Assembly (NCBI GenBank): GCA_963725665.1 | Contig: CAVRZA010000002.1 | Span: 416,001 to 480,000 of the forward strand | From: an uncultured Actinomycetes bacterium | GTDB lineage: Bacteria > Actinomycetota > Thermoleophilia > UBA2241 | Reading direction: 5' to 3' | Length of the DNA: 64,000 bases | Part shown: in pieces, positions 29,188 to 38,706 of the stretch | How the letters are laid out: every line of letters begins with the position of its first letter | Position numbering within the stretch: the stretch's first letter is position 1 | Notes under the pieces: model-generated | Databases searched by the model: none | What the model was told of the DNA's origin: nothing | Seen by the model: the letters and a program-made list of their open reading frames with translations, nothing else | Translations under genes and position numbers: made by a program

Positions 29188-29264
29188 GGCCCGCGCACAC
29201 CATCGGGCGACTCCTGACGCGCCCCGCGCACACCATCGGCCCACGCCTGACGCGGCCCGCGCAC
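29188..29264. repeat. 33-bp imperfect tandem repeat, about 2.3 copies
   Basis: GGCCCGCGCACACCATCGGGCGACTCCTGACGC / GCCCCGCGCACACCATCGGCCCACGCCTGACGC / GGCCCGCGCAC. Confidence 0.85.
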
Positions 29265-29404
29265 GCACGTCCGGGCGCGCCCGTCGCGACCTGTGCGCGC
29301 GGTTGCTGGTGACAGCCTCGGACCGGGGTGGTATAACTCGCCAGCGCTCCCATCGGGGCGTCGCTACGTCGGCCCGCCGATCGACGAAGGAGTAGGCATC
29401 CCGC

Positions 29405-31690
29405 ATGAGGCTCATCGTCACAGAGAAGGACTCCGCCGCGCAGAAGATCGCCCAGATCCTGGGCGGCGATGTGCGCACTCTCGAGCACGGAAGGGGCAAG
29501 CAGCGGGTCAAGTCCTACCACTTCACCTGGCAGGACGAGGAGGCGGTGGCCGTCGGCCTGCGCGGTCACGTCATGGAGACCGTCTTCCCCGAGTCCTACC
29601 GGCGCTGGAGCCTCAAATACATGGAAGAGATGATCGGGGAGCCGCGCCTGGCGTGGGTCACCGACGGCGGTGCGGCGAGCACCATCGCCGCCCTGCGCGA
29701 GGCCGCCAAGGGCGCCACTGAGGTCATCATCGCGACCGACTACGACCGCGAGGGTGAGTTGATCGGCGAGGAGGCGCTGGCGCTCCTGCGCGGCGACGCG
29801 CTGCGGCGGCACCCCGACGACAAGGGCGAGAAGCCGAAACGCAAGGCGCGACGCGGGTCGCGGGCGGCGGGCGACGGCGACGGCAAGACGGCCGAGAGGA
29901 CGCCGCCGCCGCCCGCTGCCGACGGCGACCCGCACATCAAAGCCATGCTGCCGCAGAAGGTCGTCGACCGCCACCACCGAGCGCGCTATTCGGCCCTCAC
30001 TCCCGGGGAGGTCAAGCGCGCTTTCGGCAAGCTCTCGACGGTTGACGTGAGTCTCGCCGAGGCAGCGCACACGCGGCAGGACATAGACCTCATCTGGGGC
30101 GCCGTGCTGACGCGCTTCTTCTCGCTCGTCACCTACCGCTACGGCGCCGACTACCTCTCGATCGGCCGCGTGCAGACGCCGACCCTGCGTCTGGTCGTCG
30201 AGCGCGAGCGCGAGCGGCTCGCCTTCGTGCCCGTGCCCTACTGGGACGTGAAGGCCGACCTCGAGGCGCGCGGTGAGCGCCTCGCGGCCGAGCATGCCCA
30301 CGGTCGCTTCGCGACCGAGGCCGAGGCCGAGAAGGCGCTCGCCGCCGCCCGCGTGAAGACCGCCACGGTCACCGGCTACAAGGCCGAGCCGCGCTCGCTC
30401 GCGCCGCCGCCGCCGTTCAACACCACCGGCCTCATGAGCGCCGCCTCGGGCGCCGGCATCTCGCCGGCACGCGCCATGAAGGCGGCCGAGTCCCTCTATC
30501 TCGACGGCCTTATCAGCTACCCGCGCACCGACAACACGGTGTATCCGTCCTCTCTCGACCTGCACGCCATCCTGCGCGCTCTGACGCGCCACGAGCCGAT
30601 CGCCGCCGTTGCCTCCGACCTTGCCTCCCAGGCGCGGCTCAAGCCGACGCGGGGCAAGAAGCGCACCACCGACCACCCCCCGATCTACCCCGTCGGTGTG
30701 CCTGGGGCGCCGCTCTCGGGCGAGCGAGCGCGTGTCTACGATCTCGTCACGCGGCGCTTCCTCGCGACGCTGCTGCCGGCGGCCGTGATCGAGGGCCAGC
30801 GTCTCGACGTGCTGCTCGGGAGCGAGCCGTTCGTGGCCCGCGGCAGCCGCGTCGCGAGCCCCGGGTTCCTGCGTGCCTGGCAGCCCTACACGGCCCAGCG
30901 TGACAAGCCGCTGCCGACACTATCGGAGGGCGACGAGCTGACCGTCCTCGACGTGCGCAGCGAGGCCAAAGAGACCCAGCCGCCGGCGCGCTTCGGGCAA
31001 GGTCCGCTGATCGAGAAGATGGAGGAGCTCGACCTGGGCACGAAGGCGACGCGAGCCGACATCATCCAGCATCTCTACGACCGCGGCTACGTACGCGACA
31101 ACCCGGTCGAGCCGACCAGGCTCGGTATGGCCCTGATCGACGCCTGCGACGCCGCCATGAAGGACTCCCCGCGCGACGTGTCGTCGCCGGCGATGACGGC
31201 CGAGCTCGAGCGCGAGATGGACTCCATCAGCGTCAACGAACTGCAGCGGCGGGGCGTGGTCGAGGAGAGCCAGAAGATGCTCGGTCAGGCGCACAAGCAG
31301 CTTGCCACCAACGCCGACGAGATCAAGCGCATCATCCTCGGCGCCTTGCGTGAGGACACGATCCTCGGCACCTGCTCGAACTGCGGCGGCGAGCTGCGCA
31401 TGATGCGCGGCAAGACGACGGGCAAACGCTTCGTCGCCTGCTGGGGCAAGGCGGGAGAGGAACCCAAGGTCCCCGAAGGCGCTCCGCCGGGCACCAAGCC
31501 GCGGCGCGGCTGCGGGCAGACGTTCCCGCTGCCGCAGTACGGTGCTATCATCCCTACAGGCACGATGTGCCCCGAGTGCGGCTGGCCGCAGATCAAAGTG
31601 CTCAAATCGGGTGGACGCGGGCGACCGTGGACGCTCTGTCTGGATCCGGATTGTCCCACCAAAGAGAAGTACTCCAAGGCCAAGCGGTAG
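29405..31690 (+). CDS. topA: Type IA DNA topoisomerase, archaeal-type sequence
   Basis: TEK, ATDYDREGE, GRVQTPTL, ISYPRTD (catalytic Tyr), LGTKATR, C-terminal Zn ribbons. Confidence 0.94.
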   Translation: MRLIVTEKDSAAQKIAQILGGDVRTLEHGRGKQRVKSYHFTWQDEEAVAVGLRGHVMETVFPESYRRWSLKYMEEMIGEPRLAWVTDGGAASTIAALREAAKGATEVIIATDYDREGELIGEEALALLRGDALRRHPDDKGEKPKRKARRGSRAAGDGDGKTAERTPPPPAADGDPHIKAMLPQKVVDRHHRARYSALTPGEVKRAFGKLSTVDVSLAEAAHTRQDIDLIWGAVLTRFFSLVTYRYGADYLSIGRVQTPTLRLVVERERERLAFVPVPYWDVKADLEARGERLAAEHAHGRFATEAEAEKALAAARVKTATVTGYKAEPRSLAPPPPFNTTGLMSAASGAGISPARAMKAAESLYLDGLISYPRTDNTVYPSSLDLHAILRALTRHEPIAAVASDLASQARLKPTRGKKRTTDHPPIYPVGVPGAPLSGERARVYDLVTRRFLATLLPAAVIEGQRLDVLLGSEPFVARGSRVASPGFLRAWQPYTAQRDKPLPTLSEGDELTVLDVRSEAKETQPPARFGQGPLIEKMEELDLGTKATRADIIQHLYDRGYVRDNPVEPTRLGMALIDACDAAMKDSPRDVSSPAMTAELEREMDSISVNELQRRGVVEESQKMLGQAHKQLATNADEIKRIILGALREDTILGTCSNCGGELRMMRGKTTGKRFVACWGKAGEEPKVPEGAPPGTKPRRGCGQTFPLPQYGAIIPTGTMCPECGWPQIKVLKSGGRGRPWTLCLDPDCPTKEKYSKAKR

Positions 31691-31724
31691 TCTCTGCTCT
31701 GCTGTCCGCGAGAGCGCGCGGGCG

Positions 31725-32438
31725 ATGATGCCAAACCAAGTAGCCGCGACCACGCGGCCGGAGTCATCACGGCGGCGCTCGGGCCTCTTCGTGACCTTCG
31801 AGGGCATCGACAAGTCGGGCAAGACGACCCAGGTCGACCTCTTGCGCGAAGCCCTCGTCGGGCGCGGCGTGCCGGTGGGGTACGAAGGGCACCCCGGCGA
31901 GACCCTGCGTGAACCCGGCGGTACGCCTGTCGGTGAGGAGCTGCGCCTACTCCTTCTGCACCGCCGCCACGACATCGCCGCTGAGACCGAGGCTCTCCTC
32001 TACGCCGCCGCCAGGGCGCAGCTCGCGGCCGAGGTGATCCGGCCCTCGCTGGCGGCCGGCTGGGTCGTTCTCCTCGACCGCTACATCGACTCCTCGCTCG
32101 CCTACCAGGGCTTCGGCCGCGGTCTCGGGCTCGAAGCCGTCGTCGCTGTGAACACGTTCGCCACGGGCGAGGAATCCGAGGGGCCGCTGTGGCCCGATGT
32201 CACGCTGCTGCTCGACCTCGACCCTCTCGAGGCGGCGCGCCGCGAAGGAGGCTCGCCCGACCGCATCGAGCGTGAGGGGCTCGAGCTGCAGCGCCGCGTA
32301 GCCGCGGGCTATCGCGAGGTCGCGTGCCGCTACCCGCAGCGGGTGCACCTGCTCGACGCGGCGCGGCCTGTCGCGGTGATCGCGGCCGACGCCCAGCGCT
32401 TGGTCGTCGCACGTCTTGAGGAGAGCATCGGTGCTTGA
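31725..32438 (+). CDS. tmk: Thymidylate kinase
   Basis: FEGIDKSGKTTQ, REPGGT, DRYIDSSLAYQG; start approximate. Confidence 0.94.
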   Translation: MMPNQVAATTRPESSRRRSGLFVTFEGIDKSGKTTQVDLLREALVGRGVPVGYEGHPGETLREPGGTPVGEELRLLLLHRRHDIAAETEALLYAAARAQLAAEVIRPSLAAGWVVLLDRYIDSSLAYQGFGRGLGLEAVVAVNTFATGEESEGPLWPDVTLLLDLDPLEAARREGGSPDRIEREGLELQRRVAAGYREVACRYPQRVHLLDAARPVAVIAADAQRLVVARLEESIGA

Positions 32439-33580
32439 GTCGATCCGCCAGCGGTGGCGCGCCCGTGTTTGAGTCGATCCCCGGTCAGGAGCACGCCAAG
32501 GCCTGCGTGGGTCGAGCGCTGGAGCGCGGCCTCGTGCACGCGTACCTGCTCGCTGGGGAGGAGGGGCTCGGCAAGACCGAGTTCGCGCGCGAGTTGGCAG
32601 CCGCCGTCGTCGCCTCGTGCGGCGGCTGCGGCGCCTGCGACGAATGCTCACGCTTGCGCCGGGGGCTGCACCCCGACCTGCAGATCGTGGAGCGCGAAGG
32701 CGAGGTCATCCGCATCGAGCAAGTGGCACGGCTGGTGGCCGAGCTGGCGCTCAAGCCGTTTGTCTCGGAGCGCCGCGTGTGGGTCATCCTCGAGGCCGAG
32801 ACGCTCACCAACGAGGCGGCTAACAAGCTCCTCAAGAGCCTCGAAGAGCCGCCGGCGCACGTCTACTTCCTTCTCGTGAGCGACCAGCCCGAGCGCCTGC
32901 TGCCGACCATCGCCTCGCGCTGCCAGACGATCGAGTTCCGGCCCGTGGCCGACGAGGCCGTCGCCGCGTTCCTGGGCGAGCGCTTCGGCCTCGCCGGGGG
33001 CGAGGCCGAAGCGCTCGCCCACCTTGCGCGCGGCTCCGTGGCCCGCGCCGAGCGCCTGGCGGCCGACGCGCGCGGGCCACACCGCCGCGCACACTACCTC
33101 AAGCTCGCCGCGGCGGTCGCGCTGGGCGAGCCCGACGCGGAGCGGCGCTTCACCGAGCAGGTGACGACCGACGAGAAGGCGGCCGCCGACGAGGTCGGCG
33201 CCGACCTCGCGGCGCGTCAGCAGGAGGTCGAGGCGGCCGTCTCCGACCCTAACGACCGGCAATGGCAGATCAGGCGCCTCGAGGAGCGGGCGCGCCGCGA
33301 CAAGGCGAGGCTAACGCGGCTGGCCGCGCTCGACGCGGTCGATCACCTGGTCTCGTGGCTGCGCGACCTGCTCGTCTTGGGACAGGGCGCCGCGGCAGCC
33401 GTCTGGAACAACGACCATCTCGCCGAGCTCGAGGAGTCGCACGTGGCCCGTCCCGAGGTCTACCTGCACATGCTCGACGTCGTCGGCGAGACACGCAAAG
33501 ACCTGTACCTGAACGTCGATCGCCGGCTCGCTCTGCAGGCGATGTTCTCTCGCTTCGAGGAGGTCTGGGAGAGTGCCTAA
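32435..33580 (+). CDS. holB: DNA polymerase III delta' subunit
   Basis: HAYLLAG..GLGK, Zn-binding Cys cluster, HPD, NKLLKSLEEP, TIASRC. Confidence 0.92.
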   Translation: MSRSASGGAPVFESIPGQEHAKACVGRALERGLVHAYLLAGEEGLGKTEFARELAAAVVASCGGCGACDECSRLRRGLHPDLQIVEREGEVIRIEQVARLVAELALKPFVSERRVWVILEAETLTNEAANKLLKSLEEPPAHVYFLLVSDQPERLLPTIASRCQTIEFRPVADEAVAAFLGERFGLAGGEAEALAHLARGSVARAERLAADARGPHRRAHYLKLAAAVALGEPDAERRFTEQVTTDEKAAADEVGADLAARQQEVEAAVSDPNDRQWQIRRLEERARRDKARLTRLAALDAVDHLVSWLRDLLVLGQGAAAAVWNNDHLAELEESHVARPEVYLHMLDVVGETRKDLYLNVDRRLALQAMFSRFEEVWESA

Positions 33581-34382
33581 TATCGTGAGCGTCGTCTTCC
33601 GGGACGGCGGCAAGCTGTACCATTTCGACCCCCACCGTCTGGAGCTGGTCGCCGGCGACGCTGTCGTCGTCGAGACGGCGCGCGGGCTCGACTTCGGACG
33701 CGTGGTCAAGGACGTCGAGGAGGTCTCCGAGGCCGACCTGCCCGGCGGGCTCAAGCGCGTGGTGCGCAGGGCCACCGGCAACGACCTCGAGACGCTGGCG
33801 CACAACCGGGCCTACGAGGCCGAGGCTCTGGGCGTGTGCCGCGACCTCGTCGGCGAGCTCGGCCTCAACATGAAGCTGGTCTCGGCCGAGCTCGCCTTCG
33901 ACGGCAAGAAGATCCTCTTCTCGTTCGCCGCCGAGGAACGCATCGACTTCCGTGAGCTCGTCACGCAGCTCAACGAGCGGCTCAAGCGGCGCGTCGAGCT
34001 CAAGCAGGTCAGCGCCCGCGACGAGGCCCGCCTCGTGGGAGGCTACGGCAGCTGCGGGCGTCGCCTCTGCTGCTCGCTCTTCGCCGGCGACCAGGAGCCG
34101 GTCTCGATTCGTATGGCGAAAGACCAGGACCTGCCTCTGAACCCGAGCAAGATCTCGGGCCTCTGCGGGCGCCTCATGTGCTGTCTGAAGTACGAGCACG
34201 GGGTCTACGTGACCTTCAAGAAGCGCGCCCCGAAGAAGGGCACGACTATCGTCACTCCGGCCGGGGAAGGTAAGGTCGTCGACCTCGCCGCGTCGGCCGA
34301 CAGCGTGACCGTCGATCACGGCGAGGGGCGCGTGATCACCTACCGACTCTCTGAGCTCGAGCTCGCCAAGGAGGACACATGA
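33573..34382 (+). CDS. PSP1 / YaaT (RicT) family protein
   Basis: RIDFRELV, CGRRLCC, KISGLCGRLMCCLKYE. Confidence 0.92.
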   Translation: MPNIVSVVFRDGGKLYHFDPHRLELVAGDAVVVETARGLDFGRVVKDVEEVSEADLPGGLKRVVRRATGNDLETLAHNRAYEAEALGVCRDLVGELGLNMKLVSAELAFDGKKILFSFAAEERIDFRELVTQLNERLKRRVELKQVSARDEARLVGGYGSCGRRLCCSLFAGDQEPVSIRMAKDQDLPLNPSKISGLCGRLMCCLKYEHGVYVTFKKRAPKKGTTIVTPAGEGKVVDLAASADSVTVDHGEGRVITYRLSELELAKEDT

Positions 34383-34615
34383 GCCAGACGAAGCACGTCG
34401 TCCTGAACGTCCCCGCCGTCTCATGCATGCACTGCAAGAGCGCCATCGAGGGGGCCGTGCGGGACATCCAGGGCGTCGCCTCGGTGAACGTTGAAGTAGC
34501 GGAGAAGACCGTGTCGCTGGAGTACGACCCCGACCTGGTCGACCTCGAAGAGGTCAAGAACACCATCGAGGAAGAGGGCTACCCCGTCGTCGGCGAGCAC
34601 GTCTTCGGCATCTGA
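34379..34615 (+). CDS. copZ: Heavy-metal-associated (CopZ-like) chaperone
   Basis: SCMHC motif, IEEEGY, 78 aa. Confidence 0.85.
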   Translation: MSQTKHVVLNVPAVSCMHCKSAIEGAVRDIQGVASVNVEVAEKTVSLEYDPDLVDLEEVKNTIEEEGYPVVGEHVFGI

Positions 34616-34647
34616 ACGAACGTCTTCAGGGCCTGAGATGAAGCCTT

Positions 34648-34676
34648 TTGCCTCCCCACGAGCGGTCTGATACCAT
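34648..34676 (+). promoter_or_regulatory. Promoter of tRNA-Lys
   Basis: TTGCCT-N17-TACCAT just upstream of the tRNA. Confidence 0.6.
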
Positions 34677-34693
34677 ACCGCCTCACCTGCGGA

Positions 34694-34769
34694 GGGCCGT
34701 TAGCTTAGCTGGTAGAGCAGGGGACTCTTAATCCCAAGGTCGAAGGTTCGAATCCTTCACGGCCCACCA
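34694..34769 (+). tRNA. tRNA-Lys(CTT)
   Basis: 76 nt; GGGCCGT/ACGGCCC-A-CCA, anticodon loop CT-CTT-AA, GGTTCGAATCC. Confidence 0.96.
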
Positions 34770-35192
34770 TTTCTTTGCAGGCATTTTCCACCTCCGGTGG
34801 CCGCCGAGAACCGGCTCTCTCGCCTCATTTGCCGCGTTTCTGCTACCTCGCGTCCGCATTCTTGCCCGCGATGAGCACCTGAGCAACTTCGGGTGAGAGA
34901 GACTCCACCTCTCCTCCATGCGAACGCAATCGTTGGCGCGAGCTTCAGGACCGGAACCATCCCGGTGTCACGATTGGACGTGCAGGGACGCATCGCCTTA
35001 GGCGAGGAGGCCTGGTGAGTCTCGCAAGGGCGCCTGGACCATCCTGCTGGCGGTGGGACCGTTCCAGGTGAGCTCACGGGCCGATCGCGGGGAAGAGGGC
35101 GCCGGCAGTGGCGCAGCCGCAACGTCAGAAGGTAAACGAATAGCCGACCGTGAAGATCACGTCGGAGCCCGACTGAGGATCGGCCCTCCTAT

Positions 35193-36056
35193 CTACTGGC
35201 GTTCCCGATGAGATTGCCGTTTCTCTCGCGCGTACGCTAGCAGACCCAGCCGGCTGAGCATGCTCCTCGCGACCTCCCTCGCGACCTCTTTCGAGGGCAC
35301 AGTGACCGACCTGTCAAATGCAGCCAGCATCCGACTGCTGACAGGGATCCGATACCCGAGTCCATCTTCTCTCGTGATAGTGCAGGGTGTGCATTTTCCA
35401 CAGGGTCTCATGTTGCTTCTCGGGGTGTGGCAGAACCACGTCATCGCCATGATCCGGCTCAGACCCTGCTTGTCCGCGATGACTCCCGCGTCCTTCTTGC
35501 TGAGATGAAGCAGCGGGAACGTGAAGTAGCGAAGAAGAGCGTACTCGTCCGTCGAGCTGAACGCTGGGTCGACGCGAGCGACTCTTTCGGGACCCTCGCC
35601 AGTCTCTAGGAGCATCTTCTTGACGATCTCGTGCGGGTTGGTGTCCTTCTCAGCGCACAGCTGAACGGAATCGAGGGCGTTTTGCTTGCAGAAGCGAGAC
35701 AGCCACTCATATTGGCTACCCAAGTAATGCTCGTTGAGGACGGCTCGGAAGGCTTCCGTTATCTCGGGATCAGGCGAGAGATCGGCTACTGCGAAATAGC
35801 GGCTAGGTCCCAGGAGATCTTGCGTTTGAGGGTAGTCTCTGAAGAGCCGCTCCTTGATGCGTTTCATCGTCAGAAGCTCGGCGCCGGTCGATCGGCGGTC
35901 CGCGTCGATCAGGTAGAAGGGGGTGACGCGGCACCCACCGACGATCAGTAGCTGCAGCAGCTGGAACGTGGACTCCCAGCCCCCCGTCCACAGCAGGCAT
36001 ACGCTGTCTCTGTCAAGCGGCGAGTCTGTGGTGAAAGGAATGCCGACGCTGGACAT
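35193..36056 (-). CDS. QueC-like PP-loop/Zn protein
   Basis: LLWTGGWEST (PP-loop variant), C-terminal TWFCHTP..PCGKCTPC; GGGGAG SD before ATG 36056. Confidence 0.72.
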   Translation of the reverse strand: MSSVGIPFTTDSPLDRDSVCLLWTGGWESTFQLLQLLIVGGCRVTPFYLIDADRRSTGAELLTMKRIKERLFRDYPQTQDLLGPSRYFAVADLSPDPEITEAFRAVLNEHYLGSQYEWLSRFCKQNALDSVQLCAEKDTNPHEIVKKMLLETGEGPERVARVDPAFSSTDEYALLRYFTFPLLHLSKKDAGVIADKQGLSRIMAMTWFCHTPRSNMRPCGKCTPCTITREDGLGYRIPVSSRMLAAFDRSVTVPSKEVAREVARSMLSRLGLLAYAREKRQSHRERQ

Positions 36057-36073
36057 CCGCTCCCCCAGGTCCG

Positions 36074-36277
36074 TTACGAGCTTGAGGGCATGGTACCACC
36101 CTCTCGTGGGGATTGGACGCGAGGGCCGCGGCAGACTGCCAGCCAGGACCGTCCTCGAGGCGGAGACATCTGCGGGTGGGCTCGCGGGATTGACGTGCAG
36201 GGATGGGTCCCTCCAGCAGGCGCCCGGCGACGTTCGAGCCGATGAATCCCCGCTCCCCCAGTGACCAGGACTCTCAA
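36074..36277 (-). pseudogene. Remnant of an NAD-dependent sugar epimerase/dehydratase
   Basis: MRVLVTGGAG-FIGSNVAGRLLE across a frameshift, followed almost directly by C-terminal-like ADVSASRTVL-GW...WY. Confidence 0.65.
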
Positions 36278-36533
36278 GGCTCCGTCCTCTCTTCGCCAGT
36301 GCCGCTGACCACGATACAGCAGACCGCCCTCGCCGTCCTTGACCCGGGGCGGGACTCATCTGCTACGAAGGGGGTGATGCAGGGGTCTACAGGCCGAGAC
36401 GATGCTCAGGCCGGCTATGTCTCGACCCAGTCTTCTGTCCCAGAGTGTGTTCGGAACAACGCTCAGACATGGCCCGAGGTCGAGCTTCGCAAATACGTTA
36501 GTACAGGTCACAACGTCTTCAGCGCTCTCCGCC

Positions 36534-36581
36534 GGACTCTGAATCCCAATGTCGAAGGTTCGAATCCTTCACGGCCCACCA
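36534..36581 (+). repeat. Duplicated 3' portion of tRNA-Lys (att-like)
   Basis: GGACTCTgAATCCCAAtGTCGAAGGTTCGAATCCTTCACGGCCCACCA; no 5' half. Confidence 0.9.
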
Positions 36582-37016
36582 CGAGGCCCCTCCCCACAGA
36601 CTCGCTGAAGGCTTCTCGACGTGCCGCCGCGGCAGCGCTCATGGGCCGGCGGTGAGGGCGCGTGTCTCGGGGTCGTAGAAGCGCCAACACGCGCTCCCGA
36701 AGACCCTCCGCACCCGTCCGCCTAGTGGTTCACGGTCACGCCCGCTATCCAATCGGGCTGCTGCATGACCCGTTCGGTCCGCGCGTCCCGACCCTTCCCG
36801 TGCACCCGGTCAGCTCCCGAGTTCCCCACTCGTCCTCCAAAGGGCTGCTAGACGAGGGAGCATCGCCGGTCGCTGGTGGGGGTTTCATCCGCGGCGCGGG
36901 GAAGCACCATAGAAGCCAGTAGTAGGCCTCTGTTGCGGGCCTCGACCGGTCATTGATAGGGTGTTCGTCAAGGCCTTGTCCGGCTCGTCACCTCGGCCGA
37001 GGAGCTAGGGATCCAA

Positions 37017-37811
37017 GTGGATGTGAGACGCGGTCGGCGCGAGATCAAGAGCGCGGTGCGCGAGTGGCGCAACATCCTGCCGAACGGTCGGGAGGACGCC
37101 ATCCGCGAGTTCCTCATCCTCTTCACGAGCTACATCGCCTACGACGTGGTGCGCTACCTCACCACGGGCCGTGAGTATACGGCCATGGCGAACGCGAACC
37201 ACATCATCGCCCTCGAGCGCTCGCTGAGCCTTTACCTCGAGCCCTGGATCCAGGCCAAGATCAGTCATGTCCACGCCCTGCTCCTGGTGCTGAACTGGTT
37301 CTACACTCAGGTGCACATCCCGGCCATCGTTGCGTTCCTGGCCTGGGTCTACCTGCGGCGCAACGACGCCTTCGCGTTCTTCCGCAACGCCTTCCTCCTG
37401 ATCAACGCGATCGCACTGAGTGTGTTTGCCTTGGTCCCCGTGGCACCGCCGCGGCTGCTTCCGAGCTCAGGCCTCGTCGACACCCTCTTCGTCTTCTCGC
37501 ACACCAACTACCAGTCGGGGGGTCTGCAGAGCATCACCAACCCCTTCGCGGCCTTGCCGAGCCTGCACTTCGGCTACGCCGTCTTCGTCTCCGTCGGTCT
37601 GCTGGTCCTGGTGCGCTCGCGCCCGGTGCGGATGGCGGCGCTGGTGTACCCGGTGGTCGTGCTCGTGTCCATCGTGGCCACCGGCAACCACTTCCTGATC
37701 GACGCGCTCGCCGGGGGTCTGGTCATCGCGATCGCCTACCTCTTCACCCTCTCCGGCACGAGCGAGCCCGAGGTCGCCACCGTGCGGTGGCGCGAGGGCG
37801 ATCGCGGCTGA
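37017..37811 (+). CDS. PAP2-superfamily membrane protein (Aur1/IPC-synthase-like)
   Basis: PVAPPRL, FAALPSLHFG, TGNHFLIDA; multiple TMs. Confidence 0.88.
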   Translation: MDVRRGRREIKSAVREWRNILPNGREDAIREFLILFTSYIAYDVVRYLTTGREYTAMANANHIIALERSLSLYLEPWIQAKISHVHALLLVLNWFYTQVHIPAIVAFLAWVYLRRNDAFAFFRNAFLLINAIALSVFALVPVAPPRLLPSSGLVDTLFVFSHTNYQSGGLQSITNPFAALPSLHFGYAVFVSVGLLVLVRSRPVRMAALVYPVVVLVSIVATGNHFLIDALAGGLVIAIAYLFTLSGTSEPEVATVRWREGDRG

Positions 37812-37871
37812 CGCGGTGCGAGGGATGCGCGCTGCGACGCGGCCGGTCCGAGCCGCCGGTTGGTCTAGGCC

Positions 37872-38483
37872 TTGACGACGCTCAAGGATCGCTACACCGC
37901 GATGGTCCGGCGTGCGGCGGCCCCGCTCGCGGAGCGGCTCGTGAACGGCCGCGTCACACCGAACATGCTCACCGTCTTCGGTCTCGTGCTGACGCTGGCC
38001 GCCGCCCCCTTCATCATCACCGGCCACACTGCGGTGGGCGCCGTGATCTTCCTCGTCGGCAGCCTCACCGACATGCTCGACGGCGCCGTCGCGCGGTTGG
38101 CCAAGCAAGTGACTGCGTTCGGTGCCTTTCTCGACTCGACCAGCGATAGGGTGGCCGAGGGCGTTGTGCTGGGGTCGATCGCCCTGCTCTACGCGAAAGA
38201 GGGCCACATCGGGCGCGTGGCCCTGGTCTTCGTCGTGATGATCGCGTCCTTTCTCGTCTCGTACACGCGCGCGCGAGCGGAGGCGCTCGGTCTGCAGTGC
38301 AAGGTCGGTCTCATGTCGCGGCCCGAGCGCGTCGTGCTGCTGGTCGTCGGCCTGCTCTTCGCGGGTTACCTCGTCCTCGATGTCGTGCTCGGTGTTATGG
38401 CGGTCCTGACCTCGTGGACGGTCGTCACGCGCATCCTTTACGTGCGCAAGCAGCTCGACTCGGACGTGGCGCCGCCCTCGTAG
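37872..38483 (+). CDS. pgsA: CDP-alcohol phosphatidyltransferase (probable PIP synthase)
   Basis: TPNMLT, DMLDGAVAR...GAFLDSTSDR, VSYTRARAE, RPER; adjacent to ino1. Confidence 0.88.
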   Translation: MTTLKDRYTAMVRRAAAPLAERLVNGRVTPNMLTVFGLVLTLAAAPFIITGHTAVGAVIFLVGSLTDMLDGAVARLAKQVTAFGAFLDSTSDRVAEGVVLGSIALLYAKEGHIGRVALVFVVMIASFLVSYTRARAEALGLQCKVGLMSRPERVVLLVVGLLFAGYLVLDVVLGVMAVLTSWTVVTRILYVRKQLDSDVAPPS

Positions 38484-38706
38484 GGGAACGCCGGGGCGGC
38501 CGTCCCAACTCAGGTCTGCGGCGCTCCGGTTCGCCGCGATTTTGCAGGGCTTTTTGCTGGTCTGAGCGTCCTCTCGCGCTGTGATATACTCTCCTCCACT
38601 TGCGCCGCCGATGGCGGCAGGCGGGGCCCGTCGTCCGAGGCGCCGCCGCGAAGGTGAAGCATCGGCCGCCGCGATCGGCTGTCGAAGGTCGGAGGGAGAG
38701 GAAGCC

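Larger units (their letters stand above)
34722..36581. mobile_element. Small decayed island at tRNA-Lys bounded by 48-bp direct repeats
   Basis: 34722-34769 is repeated at 36534-36581 with 2 mismatches; interior looks less GC-rich; no integrase. Confidence 0.8.

Noticed and set aside
29188-29264. CRISPR array
   Set aside because: Units are directly adjacent with no unique spacers, and no cas genes are present.
33573-34382. Stage 0 sporulation gene as evidence of sporulation
   Set aside because: PSP1/YaaT after tmk-holB is widespread in non-sporulating bacteria.
36534-36581. Second tRNA gene
   Set aside because: Only the 3' portion is present, with no D-arm or 5' acceptor strand; treated as an att repeat.
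36722-36829. 35-codon minus-strand ORF with a GGAGG SD
   Set aside because: Short, no motif and no independent support.
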